A stretch of 64,000 nt of DNA from Phyllosticta citribraziliensis. Taxonomy: Eukaryota. A program made the position numbers and the translations under genes. The notes under the pieces were generated by a model. The model had not been told where the DNA came from, made no database searches, and saw only the letters and a program-made list of their open reading frames with translations. This document shows positions 1 through 12,173 of the stretch, one piece after another. The DNA lies in assembly GCF_038025025.1 (NCBI RefSeq), contig NW_027117339.1, forward strand, positions 1,426,001-1,490,000, read 5' to 3'. Within the stretch, counting starts at the first letter, position 1. The number at the start of each line of letters is the position of its first letter.

Positions 1-661
1 ACAGCTGAGCAGCGAGGCAGTGGAAGCTTTGTGCGGCGGAAACGTCTTTTCGACGACAAGTTCAAACCTACCGATGTTCCTCTCAACAATTGGCGACATG
101 GCTTGCGAGTCTCTTCATCGATTGCAGATTGAAGTGGAAATAGCCAAGGATTGGAAGCTGAGTGGGCTGTCTTGTCTGTCCAAATTGCCTCGCCTGAGAG
201 AACTGCTGCTCAGTTTCGCGAGAGTCGGGGGCAAATACGTCCAGCTCTTTGCCGCCAAGCTCTTCTTTGAACAAACACGGGAGTGGATAACCACGATTGG
301 GGAAAGACGGCATGACAGGTTCGCTGCAGCAAACACCATCAAAGCGACGTCAAGAAGAACGTGTCCACCATCCCAGGGCTTTATGCCTCCGTACGATCGA
401 GAAAGTCGCGAGATGGTAATACGCGACGCTGGGTGTTCCAACTTTGACGGCGATTTGCGGAAATTCATTGATGAGCCGGGTCTGGCAGAGTCAGACGAGT
501 TGTCTACTTGCTTCGCCACTCACAGGCTTCCCCAACAGTACAGTGGTCCGGAGTGGTCTAGGTGGAGAATTATTGAAGATGTCAGGGCCAGAGGAGTTTT
601 TCTGGACGATCTTGTTGACGATCTTGGCAGCGATACCGTCAACATAGGGCCAGTCTACTGA
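1..661 (+). CDS. Hypothetical protein, 5'-truncated by the window edge
   Basis: Frame is open from the window start to TGA at 661. Composition is protein-like, with a leucine-rich segment LSKLPRLRELLLSF. No recognisable family. Confidence 0.5.
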   Translation, partial: QLSSEAVEALCGGNVFSTTSSNLPMFLSTIGDMACESLHRLQIEVEIAKDWKLSGLSCLSKLPRLRELLLSFARVGGKYVQLFAAKLFFEQTREWITTIGERRHDRFAAANTIKATSRRTCPPSQGFMPPYDRESREMVIRDAGCSNFDGDLRKFIDEPGLAESDELSTCFATHRLPQQYSGPEWSRWRIIEDVRARGVFLDDLVDDLGSDTVNIGPVY

Positions 662-1881
662 TGCATAATTCTACTCGCCCCAGATCCAACGAGGGCATTG
701 AGATGAACATCAAGGCTCTCTTATGTACGTCGCCTCCAGCCAGACATGAGTTGTTTCGGCGTAAGACTCTTTTTAAGAAAAGACCCTTGGAGCACATCCA
801 ATTCAGTGGACTTGAGCAATAAAAGGTTAAATGGCGGGTGGATGAACCAGGGAGGCGTCTGGATGCTTCTTGGGCAGGAGAAATGGCGTTCGAAGGTTCG
901 TACATCTGCAGCATGTGAAACTCCGCCGTCTCCAGCTCTTAAAGCTAAGGACAGCTCGAAAGCAGAGTGGTTGATGAGTTGAGAGTTGAGAGCATTCCGA
1001 GCCAAAGCAGGGATAGCGCATATAGGCGGTCCAATGGCCTTGGAGAAACCCAATTACGCCTTGCAAAGCTCTCGTCCCGGCCGCCTTCCTGGACTGTGCA
1101 GTGACTCACTAGCTGCACAGTTAAAAGTTGAACGCATAAGCCGAACGGGTTCACAGTGCTGGGGTCATCCATACAAAATATCTCCCATCCTGCCAACCAC
1201 GTCCGACACATAAAATCCTCATGGGTGCCAGAACCGACTGTCTGTCGCGACAAGCCAGCCTCATTCACTGTGGAGTTTTCCAAAGCTTTCTCTCCGACAC
1301 GCCACCCCCAGCCAAAAAGTAGTTCTCCATGGAGATCCCTCAGGACCAAAATGAAGCCGAAGAAGACATGAAGGACTTTTTCGTGGGCTTCCTCGGAAAC
1401 TTCAGCGACAAAAGCGTAGGCATGGTGGTGCGGTTTGACGGAGTGGTAAGCGATCCGGCTCCAATGTCATTGCAGCAAGGCTGATTGTCCAGAAAAGTCA
1501 GACCTCACGCTTCATGAGCGCAGGTGTGCTTCACAGGATCCAGAACGAGCAAACAGCCGAGGCCAATTGGTAGGTGCGCTGGACCAAATCTTGGAAGAGT
1601 GTCCTCGCAATACGAACAACCGCAAAGAATGGCTGGGAAATGCCATTGATAAAATATCTGTTGATCCAACGCCGTCATATGAGTCTCCGCTGTTGGTTCC
1701 CGGTCAGGACGGTCACTGTGAGACTGGACGCCACCGTCTTGAGCTTTCGCTGAAGTCTCGTTTCCCGCTTGAGCTTGTCGACATTGTGAGTTGGCGGCAA
1801 TGCCATTGAATTTGGCTAATCCTCTTGCAGGGTCATGTCTGTCTCGGTCCCCGAATCGGACAGCATGTGATTTACCTCAAA

Positions 1882-2667
1882 ATGCTCTATCAGTTTCCAA
1901 AGTTTCTGGATCTAGCACGAGAGCTGAGGGACATGGTTTACAAATATCTGATTGTTCACCACAATGAAATTTTCATCCCGCGAGACTGGAAGTTTTCCGA
2001 GAGACTTCATCTTACGATGGGGCTTCTCACAGTCAGCAAGCAAGTCCACGAAGAGTCCATCGAACTCATATACGGCGAAAATCAATTCCGTGTGTCCATT
2101 GGGAATTTTGGAAGATTTATGCAGAGGCTATGCAAGAACGCCCGTTGCAGCCTGAAACGCCTCGTTTTGGTCTGGGCTGAAGATGACCAAGTTGACAGGA
2201 ACGATTTGAGTTGCCTGGACAACGAGCTTTGGAAGCTACCACAGCTGGCTCACCTTCGATTTGATTTCCGAATGTTTTCCTTTGAAGAGTTCTGCGCTGA
2301 AGTTGGCCTGGACTGTTTCTTTAAACATGCTCGAAGATGGTTTGTTGAAGTTGCGCGATCCAAGGGGGACAAGTTTGCGGCGTTAGAGCTGATTTCAGCT
2401 GACTTCGGGACTGCTCCCGGCGATGACAGTGAAGAAGAAGATGAGGAGGAAGGAGAAGATGAAGGCGAAGAGGAGGCGGCGGAAGAGGGGGAAGGGGGTG
2501 GAGAAGGGTCAGGAGACGGAGAAAGAGAAGCAGGAGAAGAAGAGAAGTCAAAGGAGGACCAAGCGAAGTTTCAAGAAGCCTTACGTCGATTCCTAGAGAA
2601 CTTGGACTTTTCTCTCGAAAAAGGATTGGATGATGTCGCAGAAGATGACTCCAATCGCGTTGTGTAA
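1882..2667 (+). CDS. Hypothetical protein with an F-box-like 'FLDL.RE.R.M.Y' N-terminal motif and acidic C-terminal tract
   Basis: ATG at 1882. KFLDLARELRDMVYKYL...LLTVSKQVHEESIELIYGENQF matches a common Pezizomycotina uncharacterised family. E/G-rich tract near 2420-2550. Confidence 0.7.
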   Translation: MLYQFPKFLDLARELRDMVYKYLIVHHNEIFIPRDWKFSERLHLTMGLLTVSKQVHEESIELIYGENQFRVSIGNFGRFMQRLCKNARCSLKRLVLVWAEDDQVDRNDLSCLDNELWKLPQLAHLRFDFRMFSFEEFCAEVGLDCFFKHARRWFVEVARSKGDKFAALELISADFGTAPGDDSEEEDEEEGEDEGEEEAAEEGEGGGEGSGDGEREAGEEEKSKEDQAKFQEALRRFLENLDFSLEKGLDDVAEDDSNRVV

Positions 2668-3150
2668 GATGGGCTTCGACGGTAAAATTTGACACTGCCG
2701 GGCCGGTGGTAATGCTGGTTTTTGGTTTCAGTTGGAAGGGATATTTGGCGCCAGTACTCGTCATCACTGTCCTCTCGTTGATGGAGACGTGTTCCAGGGG
2801 CGTAAGGGAGGTTTTCTCGATGGCTTGAGGGTGTAGAATGTGTCTTGTACGAGGACGATCAAAGCTCAATTCGTGATGCATAGGACTGGCAAACCATGAT
2901 GAACAGGAAGACTTGATGTGCCAAGATGAGAAGAAGAACAGAAGCAGTAACGGTGCGAGGTGAAGAGTTTAAATATGTTGTGGTGGTTTCGAGTTCGAAG
3001 AGCTGCGAACGGGAGAGGTGGGGAGAGCTTTGGCCAGGATTCTCCACGTCCGCGTCCGCCGTCGGAAAGTTGCTCCAAGCCCAGCCCAACCATTCAACTC
3101 ACCTCAATTCGTGCACTTGCCCGCACAAGCTCTTTGACATTACAGTGAAT

Positions 3151-3973
3151 ATGGCAGAATCAACTGTGCCCCTGAGCCATGGCAATGGAGAGCATGACGC
3201 TCAGCTGCCCGACGCGCCCATGTCGCCGCAAGACGCGACCGCGACGAACGGCACCGCAGACAGCAGTATGGACATTGAGATGAAGGAAGAGCCCGTCGAA
3301 GTAGGCACAATAAACAACCCAATCTCTAATTCTGCAAGTTTCAATCAACTCACCAGCCCACAGGCAAACGTCGCGCCAGCAAACGTACCGCCGGCGCAAA
3401 ACACCATCACAACCTCGACTTCTGACATACCAACTACCTCCCCGCCTCCAGCACAGTTTGCACAACAGCCACCGCCACCCCAGCAAGCAGCTGCTTCCTC
3501 GACCGCTTTACCAACTACAACGTCACCTCCGCCCGCACCAGCTGCGGCCGCAACAAGCCTACCAACGGCATCCACAAACTCCGCCTCCACGCCCACATCC
3601 ACCGCGACCGCAATGCCCCCTCGCGACCAGCGCGCCGAAAGCGCCACGCGCACCGGCTCGCCGCGTCCCGGACAGCAACAGGCGCAGCAGCAGCTCCCGC
3701 GCGAGGCGCTCCCGCACGGCAGTCCCACGCGCGTGTATCTGAACAGCCATCTCACGCCATACTTGCTCGAGGGAATGAAGAAGGTTGCGGTGCTTGAGTA
3801 AGTTGCTCGTCGGCTGCTTTACTCCAGTGCGGTGTAAAGATGAGGGTTTCGTGAGTGCTGACTTGTCGTCATATAGGCCTGAGAAGCCGCTCAAGTGGCT
3901 GTCGGATTTCCTGGCGGAGAAGAGCAAGGAGGTGGAGGGTACGGGCACTGGCAACGAAGCCAATTCGGGTTGA
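3151..3973 (+). CDS. SDC1: COMPASS subunit Dpy-30/Sdc1
   Basis: Dpy-30 motif GSPTRVYLNSHLTPYLLEGMKKVAVLE|PEKPLKWLSDFL joined across intron 3798-3876. Probable in-frame intron 3301-3363. P/T/A/Q-rich N-terminus. Confidence 0.9.
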
Positions 3974-4325
3974 GATATACTTTTGGAGGGCGCAGTGGGA
4001 CACATACGGGTCTATTATGATACCCTCCAAATTCATGTTGCATAGCGGCGGCGTTCAAAACGGTCAATTCAAGCTCCTGCGGTTTGGAAAACATCACATG
4101 CCCAGAACCAGAAACAATTGTAATTCGAGTCATCTCAATTGGTGGTCATGGATGACCCGGCCATAGGAGCCTCTAGGACACCACAATCTTTTTGCCCCAC
4201 CAATGCTCATGGTCGCCGTTCACGCCAGAGGGTATTCCCTTCTTCATTTTTCCCATAATGTCCAGCCAGCTCCCATCTTTACGACAAAAACCCACACACG
4301 CGCCAACTCAACGACGTGCATGCGC

Positions 4326-5303
4326 TTACGAGACGAGGGTAGAGGCGGTGGCGCTCTCGTACCTCCAGGTGGGGGGAAGGACACCGACAGTCTTGTAGTA
4401 GCGGGAGAGACGGTGGATACGGGACTCGATCAGAATGAGGCGGAACTTGCCGTCCTTGTCCTTGCGGTTGGTGTTCAGGTGCTTGCGGACTTGGACAGCC
4501 TGCAGTAGAGTTAGAGAGCGAACGTCGGCGGTTTGGAGTTGGAAACGCGCACCTTCTTGATGAGCATGTACAGGTCCTCGGGGATCTCGGGAGCAAGGCC
4601 GTTGGACTTGAGGATGCGGAGGATCTTGTTACCGGTGACGACCTTGACCTGGGCAACACCGTGGGAGTCACGGAGGACAACACCAATCTAAAGAAGACCT
4701 GTAAGCTTGGGAATTTCGAATCCGGGGATGTCGTTGACGTACCTGGGAGGGGGTGGCGCCCTTCCTGGCGAGCTTGCAGATCTGGTCAACGACCTGAAGA
4801 CTGAGTGTCAGCACTGGCCCTCGTCTCGGGAAACGATGCCATTCCAGAGTGACAGGCATATCGGAGCCCTGTCTGCAACAAAATCGGCAGCCTCGATGTT
4901 CTTGAGCCTCCAAGACGCAACACCAAGCCCATGTCGTGTTCCTTGCAATCGGCGGTTGGATGGTTGGCCAAATTCGCGAGCTTGGGCTGATGGGATGCGG
5001 GCTGCCAATATTGCGCGACAGAACCCCAGATGCCTTGTTCTCCAAAATGTCGAAATGTTCGTCTTACCTGCTCGGGGGTGGTCTTCAACCACGCAGGAAC
5101 GCTCCTTCATGGTGTTAGCGGTGGTTTGCGTTGGTCGTGGCCGAAATCGAGCCGTTGTCAAAATTACCTGGAGTACGGGATAGCAGAGGACGAAATGCCC
5201 TTGCCCTACAAAATTCCCACGCCCGTCAGCACCGTTGTATCCGGGAGGTATGGCCGCTTGATTGATGGAGGGATCTCCGTACCTTGGAGTGAAGGCGACC
5301 CAT
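4326..5303 (-). CDS. RPS13: 40S ribosomal protein S13 (uS15)
   Basis: Six exons (5303-5283, 5205-5168, 5104-5068, 4793-4743, 4687-4553, 4499-4326) give [59 protein letters not shown]...[13 protein letters not shown]. Confidence 0.97.
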
Positions 5304-7463
5304 TGTTGCGACTGTGAGGTGGTGATTCGGCTGTCGAGACTGTCGTGGCTGGAGAGCGAAGTTGGATGGAAGGTCGAGCAGATTGTCGTGGGCCGGCTCG
5401 CTTCTGGGCACGGACCACCACGCTGAGTTTTTACTTAATCCGCCGGGCGACAACTTCAACCCATCACCCTGGCCTCCTTCACCACCACCACCAACAATTT
5501 CCATCCACGCCTGCTTGGACGCTACATGCTGAGAATCTATGCCCCGTTCTCTGTGTCAGAAGCGCAGCCAGGGACTCGGTGGTGGGATGAGTTTCTCTCG
5601 CGAATGCTAACCGCAGCCTGTGCCACAGGCATTTTCAAGGTACGTTTCTTCTTGGCTCCTCTTCACCATCCCCTTTGTGATGAGCAAACATCCGTTAAAA
5701 AGTCAACTGGCACCTCTACTGCTAGGGGCTTGTAGTATCTTCCTGCGGGAAGAACTGCTTGCCTCGATGATCTTCAAGGACTTCTGAAATTCCCCCCCTC
5801 CAATACACTACTCGACATGCAACATGTGTTTTGCGCATCTCGCTGACGAGTATCACTAGGCTTTTGCGAAGAGGAAGATGAAGGGTTCTCGAACCGTTAC
5901 CATGGCTGCCGCAATGTCTCCCAACCACGATCGGGGGCGCTCTGTTCCTGGAGTTTGTTTTTCTTGTACTCATGTCCGGCTTGCACTGCAGAGGTTTTTC
6001 CTGGAGGCCTTGTACCGCTCGCCCATACTTTTAGTTTCAAAATGTTCACTGTTTCGTCTTAATCTTCCATTCCGCGCAAATTGGCGCAAGACATCGCTGC
6101 GAGACTGTCGGGGCTCAGCTCATGCGAATATCCGTCGGCTTCCCAGTCCGTGAAAACGCCTCACGAGGTGCAGTTGATTCGAGGCAATGAACAAAGTCGC
6201 CACGAATGGAGGAATGCACAGCACTTCGCAAAGCTTGGGTATGAGCGTGTGTGTCCACCCAGTATTCCAGGCCTTGTCAATACTAGGTGTTGCTAATGCG
6301 TGCCAGCTTCGATTTGACTTGCGCGTGACGAGGCAATTCACATTCCAAACTTCAGTGGACAACAGGCCAAAAAGAGGCAATCATGTTCTTGGAGTGACTG
6401 CATCGTGACAAGGTCTGCAAGTTACGGGAGCGCATTGAAAGCCGTATAGGCCAGCCGTCAGGGGTGGCCGGCCTGATGATGGCGGTAGTACAACCGCTTA
6501 CTGGAGCTGCCAACGATTGCCCAGCCACCTAGGCCCACTCCGCCCAACACGCGGCTGAGGAAGAGGCAGCTGAACTATTGAGGAACATGGCTGTGCCCGA
6601 TCCAACTACGTTCCCTCCAAGTCAATCGGAATTCTTGGTCCAACCATTGATCGTTGGATGGCGTGAGCAGTGATGCCAAAGTAAGCATCAGTTGGAGGGA
6701 TCCGGATGTCATTCAAGACCGGGAATCCTACTTCTCCATGGCAGACTGACACGATGCAATAGGGAAGAAGACGATCCCAATGCGGAAGTCATTAATAAGG
6801 AGCCCGCGGCCTAGCCCGAGGAGCATGGCATAGTAGTCCTGTCCAGGAGACCGCTTGTTTCCTCCTGCACGAGAGGACGACATCACGTCGTCTCTAGGCC
6901 GTGGCACCGGGCGGGCACCACATAGGGGATGTGGTGTCCAGGTACCCTAGAACTGTGTGTGACAGCAAGATTAGGGGTACGGAGTCAGCGAGGTTTTGAT
7001 GAAACAATCGGCCGACCAACCAAAAGTGGCGGAGCACAAGACACTGGTGGACGCGGTACGTCTTGTGTTGGTGTTGGCAAAGGTATTGGCAGCCGGCGGG
7101 GAGCGGGGTGATTGGCGGCGCGGGTAGCGGCTTTGATCGGTGCTCCGTGCCTGGCTAGGCCTGATGTGGTCGAATGCTCGCTGGGCGGCATATCAAATCA
7201 CCACCACCTCCCCTTCCTTTCCCTTCTCTCTCCCCTCACGCAGTCGTTCGTTTCTCTATATCGCAGTCGCTCGCTCATTTACATCCCGCTGCGGCATCGC
7301 GCCGAAGTTATTCCGGCCCAGGCCTATCCTGCCGACATCTCCCATTTTGCGACACCTACATCTTCCCTCCTTCTTCTTCACCTTTTCAGTGTGCCTCTAC
7401 CTTGCTGCGCGGTTTCTTCTTTCCGTTGACCGTCTCCTCACTCCTTTTCACCATTTCGGCGCT

Positions 7464-8952
7464 ATGCGCTCACCCCTCTTACTCCTAGCGCCTTTTGCGC
7501 TGGTCCTCACTGCCAGGGCCATGCGCAATGGTTGCGAGGATGCCGTCAAAGATGAATCTGGAAACTACTACTGCGAGCCTGCTGTCGAGACGATCCGCTA
7601 CGTCAACATTTCTGGATCCGGTACCTACCAGACGCCCTCCCTCATTGAGGGTGCGGGTACTTGCGTTGATTTTATCGACATTCCCTACGGAGGACCGCTT
7701 GCGCCGTACAATGAAGAGGTTCGCGCCCCTTTCCTCTCATTATGACCAATGTTGACTTTCTCTTCAGATTACCATCATTCTTCGTGGACCCCTCAAGCTG
7801 CGCCAGTTTGCAGCCTACAGCCTCAACATCAGCTGCCAACAGACCGGAAACAGCAAGCGACACGCCGACGCAGATGCGGACGCGGATGCGGATGCGGATT
7901 CGCACAAGCACCATCATCATCATCATCATGGCCACAAGCACCAGCACCTCCACGATGACGCGGAAAAGAAAAAGCGCGGTCTTGGCGACATCGTTTTTGC
8001 GGAAATCGACGGCGAATTGGTCTCGTGGATTAATACCTACGGCGGCCCCCCTGCGCCGGGCCCTCCTGTCAGCAGTGTCACCTCGACAACTGCCAGTCCC
8101 ACCTCGTCCCCAGTCTCAAGCTCTAGCATTCCCTCATCCGTCCCCACGAAGTCTGAGCCCTCTGGTGACTGCGACGTTTGGGAGAGAATCTCTTACTACA
8201 ATTCCGAAGAGAGGACTAAGGATGGTCTCACATTCTTGACTCATCCGTCGTATGCAAATGCGATTGCTTACGCTGGTTCGGACGGCAAGACAGCGGTCGA
8301 CGAGCCAACCCTCTTCGACGGCGAGCTCGAGAATATGGAAGAGATGTTCATTCAGACTGACAAGTCTTGCTCGGAAGACATTGGCACGGAATGCCCTTAC
8401 TACAAGGAGGGAGACAAAGCTTACCGTAAGTCTCACTTGAACTTTGCCCACACACTTTTGCTAATTTACGCAGACGGATACGGTGGTGTCAACAAGGCCT
8501 TCTTCTTCGAGTTCATGATGCCCGATACTGGCTCGCACGCCTCCGTCTCGGAAATGGAGAGCAAGTACGAAGCAGACAACATGCCCGCCATCTGGTCTCT
8601 GAACTCGAGGGTCATGACCAACCAGTATGGCTGCAATTGCCATTTGAGCGGTTGTGGCGAGATTGACTTTTTTGAGATTATGAATCCCGGCAATTACCGC
8701 ATGAAGTCCACGATTCACGGCAAGACCGGCTTTAGCGGCGGCGATTCTCACTACATTCGGCGTCCCACTGACAGCTGGATGTCTGCCTGGGTTGTCTTCG
8801 ACGGAGACAAGATGGTCCTCAGAGTAGTCGACCCCAACACCGAAGCCCCAGAAAGCTTGACGCCTGAGCTTCTCTCTTCGATCATCGGATCTGACGAGGA
8901 ATTCGACATCAACATCGAAGGCAAGCTGGCCGTCTTCGAGGTTGCCTCGTGA
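7464..8952 (+). CDS. Secreted/cell-wall Tos1/YJL171C/PGA52-like protein (putative glucanase-like)
   Basis: Signal peptide MRSPLLLLAPFALVLTARA. Introns 7719-7767 and 8426-8473. Motifs GPLAPYNEE|ITIILRGPLKLRQFAAY, KAFFFEFMMP, NMPAIWSLNS and CNCHLSGCGEIDFFE. Confidence 0.85.
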
Positions 8953-9837
8953 CCAATCAACGACTCCAACATGTCGGTTTTCTTTTTCTTTGTAATTATA
9001 GCTCGCATACCACAGGCAGCTGGAACACCGGAACGGCGCGCGTGGCTTTTCACCCGGTGGGCGATGCTGGCGTTTCAAAAGGCTCTGGTCACATTCTGAG
9101 CAGCGCAGGGGACGTCTGGCGCAAGGCTTGCAGTTTTGCCTTCAATTCACGACGACGATGAGCCGCATTCGAGGGATACCCAACAGCGGGTCTGACCAAT
9201 CAGTCTTGCTTTTTCTTTCTTCTACTTTCGCGGGTAGGTACTGTAGAGCTGCGGTTGCAAATTCGGCTGGCTAGGATGTAGCTAGTTAGTTTTTGAGGGT
9301 GAACAAATTCGAGCATCAGGTTGCTATACGCTAGATGCCTTTTCGCGATGATGTCACGAGAGATGTGAGTCTGGAGTCGGTGGTGGTTAGCTGCAGACAG
9401 CACAACAGCCGAGGCACAGGCTTCCGGCCGCGAGCATCACGCGCCGGCCGAGTCCAGACAACGGAACGACGGTCAACGTCTGCGCGCACGCTCGGTGGCT
9501 CGCTCCAACCCGACATATATCTGTGCACGCGCAGCCCCAGGCGGTTCCCTGAACAGAAGGGATTCTCGAATTCTTCGCTGAATTTTGGCAGAGTTTATGG
9601 CGCAAACTCACTGACAGCTGGGCCGGGGTCCTGTCTCGTGCTCGCTTATTTGCCTAGGTAGGTCCGCGCCCGAGGTGGCCTTGACTACCGCCGGCACCTC
9701 CGCTCCGCCCTGCCCTACCAACGTCGTCTTTGACATCACCGCATCACCCACCGTGCGTCCCTCGTTCCACCTGCTCCATCTCCAACGCCTCTGTCGTAAA
9801 ACGCATGTCAGCCGCGTCTGCTTGTCGTTGAGAGGAC

Positions 9838-11372
9838 ATGGCTTCCCCTCCGAAGCCGTGGGAAAGATCAGGACCCGGAGGCACTTCGACCGGTACGTTC
9901 CCGCCACCCACCCGCCTGTCTGCGGTGCGACGGCTCGCCGTTGACAACCACAACAAGAGCGGGGTCCAAAGGCATCCTTCTCTCGACTAACTTCGTCTCA
10001 GGCGCAGCGCCAACATCGATCGGCGTCACTGCCGCTACTGCTACTGCGAATGCCGCCTCGTCCTCTGAACCGCCGGCTCTGCCCTCGCGACCAAACTCCC
10101 TCGCTTCTTCCGTAAACCAAAACGCCTCCCTCCATTCTGGCATGAACATGAACGCGAATCGTCCGTACGGTTATGGTTCCTCGTACAGCTCCTACTCGTC
10201 GCCGTACTCGCGCATGGGCGGATACGGTGGCTACGGATCCATGGGCTCCATGGGCTCCATGGGTTCCATGTATGGCGGCGGCATGTACGGTGGAGGATAT
10301 GGCGGATATGGCATGGGCGGTGGCATGGGAGGAGGTGGCATGTATGGGGGAATGGGAGGCATGCCCGGCGATCCAAACAACCCTCAGGGCCTGACCCAGT
10401 CCTTTAGCCAGAGCACCGCCGCGACGTTTCAAATGATTGAGAGCATCGTGGGCGCATTTGGCGGATTCGCGCAAATGTTGGAAAGCACATACATGGCGAC
10501 ACACTCGTCATTTTTCGGTACGTCATCTTTCCAGTTGTGGTTGCTCAGTCTTTGACCAAAGAACAGCCATGGTGTCCGTCGCCGAACAGTTCGGCAATCT
10601 TAGGCAGACCTTGGGATCCGTCCTGGGCATTTTCACGTTGATGCGGTGGTTCCGGACTGCCATCGCAAAGCTCACTGGTCGAGCTCCTCCCGCGTCGTCC
10701 AAGGAATTGACGCCATCCAACTTTGCATCTTTCACAGGTCGCAACCCTGACGGTTCTCCTGCGCCTGCGCGCCCATCCAAGAAGCCATTCATCATCTTTA
10801 TGCTTGCCGTGTTCGGTCTGCCTTACCTCATGGGCAAGCTCATCAAAGCCATGGCGCGGTCTCAGGAGGAGGAAGAACGCCGCCGTCTTGAAGCCAACGG
10901 TCAGCTCGTAGGTCCCGAGGAGCAGCTTGACCCCAGCAAATGCGAGTTCTGTCGCGTCGTCTATGACTTTACTCCCGACACCAACGCCAGCGCCGTCCAA
11001 GGGGTGGACCTGTCCGTCAAGAAGGGCGATCTTGTTGCGATCATTAGCAAGACGGACCCGCTTGGGAACCCGTCCGAGTGGTGGCGCTGCCGTGCCAGGG
11101 ACGGTCGCATGGGATATCTCCCAAGCCCGTATCTCGAACCGATTCAAAGGAAGATGCCGGCACAGATCCAGAGCGCAAGTCAGGCTGGGAGCCCGGTTCA
11201 CAGTCGAGCGCAGACCATGACAAGCAGCGGGAGCGGGAGCCGCACGCAGACCATGACGTCGGCGACGTTAAACAAGGCCAACGAGGCCAAGGAGCAGGCC
11301 GTTCCGGTGGTGCAGGGCAAGGCCAACGATATCGGCATTGACAGTTTTCAAAAGGGCATGTTCCGTTCGTAA
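9838..11372 (+). CDS. PEX13: Peroxin 13 (peroxisomal docking protein with SH3 domain)
   Basis: Starts MASPPKPWE, then a YG/GM-rich region and TFQMIESIVGAFGGFAQMLESTYMATHSSFFAMVSVAEQFGNL. C-terminal SH3 domain (WWRCRARDGRMGYLPSPY). Introns 9893-10001 and 10518-10566. Confidence 0.96.
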
Positions 11373-12173
11373 GAGGAGTCATGGCTACAGTTGACTGCCT
11401 GCTGGAGGACTAGAGCGTTGGTTTCATTACATGCCTTTCAAGGGGCTCATCTATTTCACTGCGTCTTCCTGGATTTGGGATGGGATCGGTGGCGTTGGGT
11501 GTAAAGCTGCGGATTATTCAGTGGGGTTGCGTCGTAGCTAAAACTTTTAACGGTCGTTTTTCTTTACGGCTAAGGATTCCATTCATTCAGGCATTGGGAG
11601 TGTTGTCATGGGACTGGTATCAAAATTTGACTTTGATTGGCCAAGCTGGGCACCTGGGATACAAGGAGAATGTTTGAGTGGTATGCGGGAGCGGTGGGTC
11701 GTGCGGAACTTTGGTGCAACGATTTCAGAGGAAAGTGGTAATGGATGATAGTGACCACCAGTCAGTTGTGGAGTGGAATACCTTAGAGGACAAGGGCACA
11801 TGATAGCTGTACGGCACCAGGGAACAGCTCCGGCTGCATCCCCAGTGCACGGACCGCTCAGCCCTACTGGACGTCAAGCCCGGGCAGTGCGCATCTGCCG
11901 CACCTTAATTTAGCTTTGAGAGCTCCTCCCCCAGCTCCACTCCACACCAACCTTTGCTCTCCCACACGCCGTCGTCCTGAGAGCTGCCTTTCTGTCAGCT
12001 GCTCTCCGCTCCCGCGTGCACCTCTCCCTCCGCAGTTTCCTCGCACTTTGCTCAAGAATCCCGCCAGTCCCGGCCTCATCTGGGCTGACCTTTCGACTTG
12101 TCCATCCCAAGGCTCCCGGACCTTCCTCGCTTTCTCCCCTCGTGTTCGACACGCTCTTCCGCTCCGCACCGAC

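Noticed and set aside
639..1809. Several short overlapping ORFs that might be a decayed gene
   Set aside because: I could not assemble a spliced model or recognise any domain.
5731..5745. TGTAGTATCT resembling the U2 snRNA branch-recognition sequence
   Set aside because: Flanking sequence does not match U2.
10160..10365. YG/GSM tandem repeats in PEX13
   Set aside because: Known feature of the Pex13 N-terminal YG domain, not novel.
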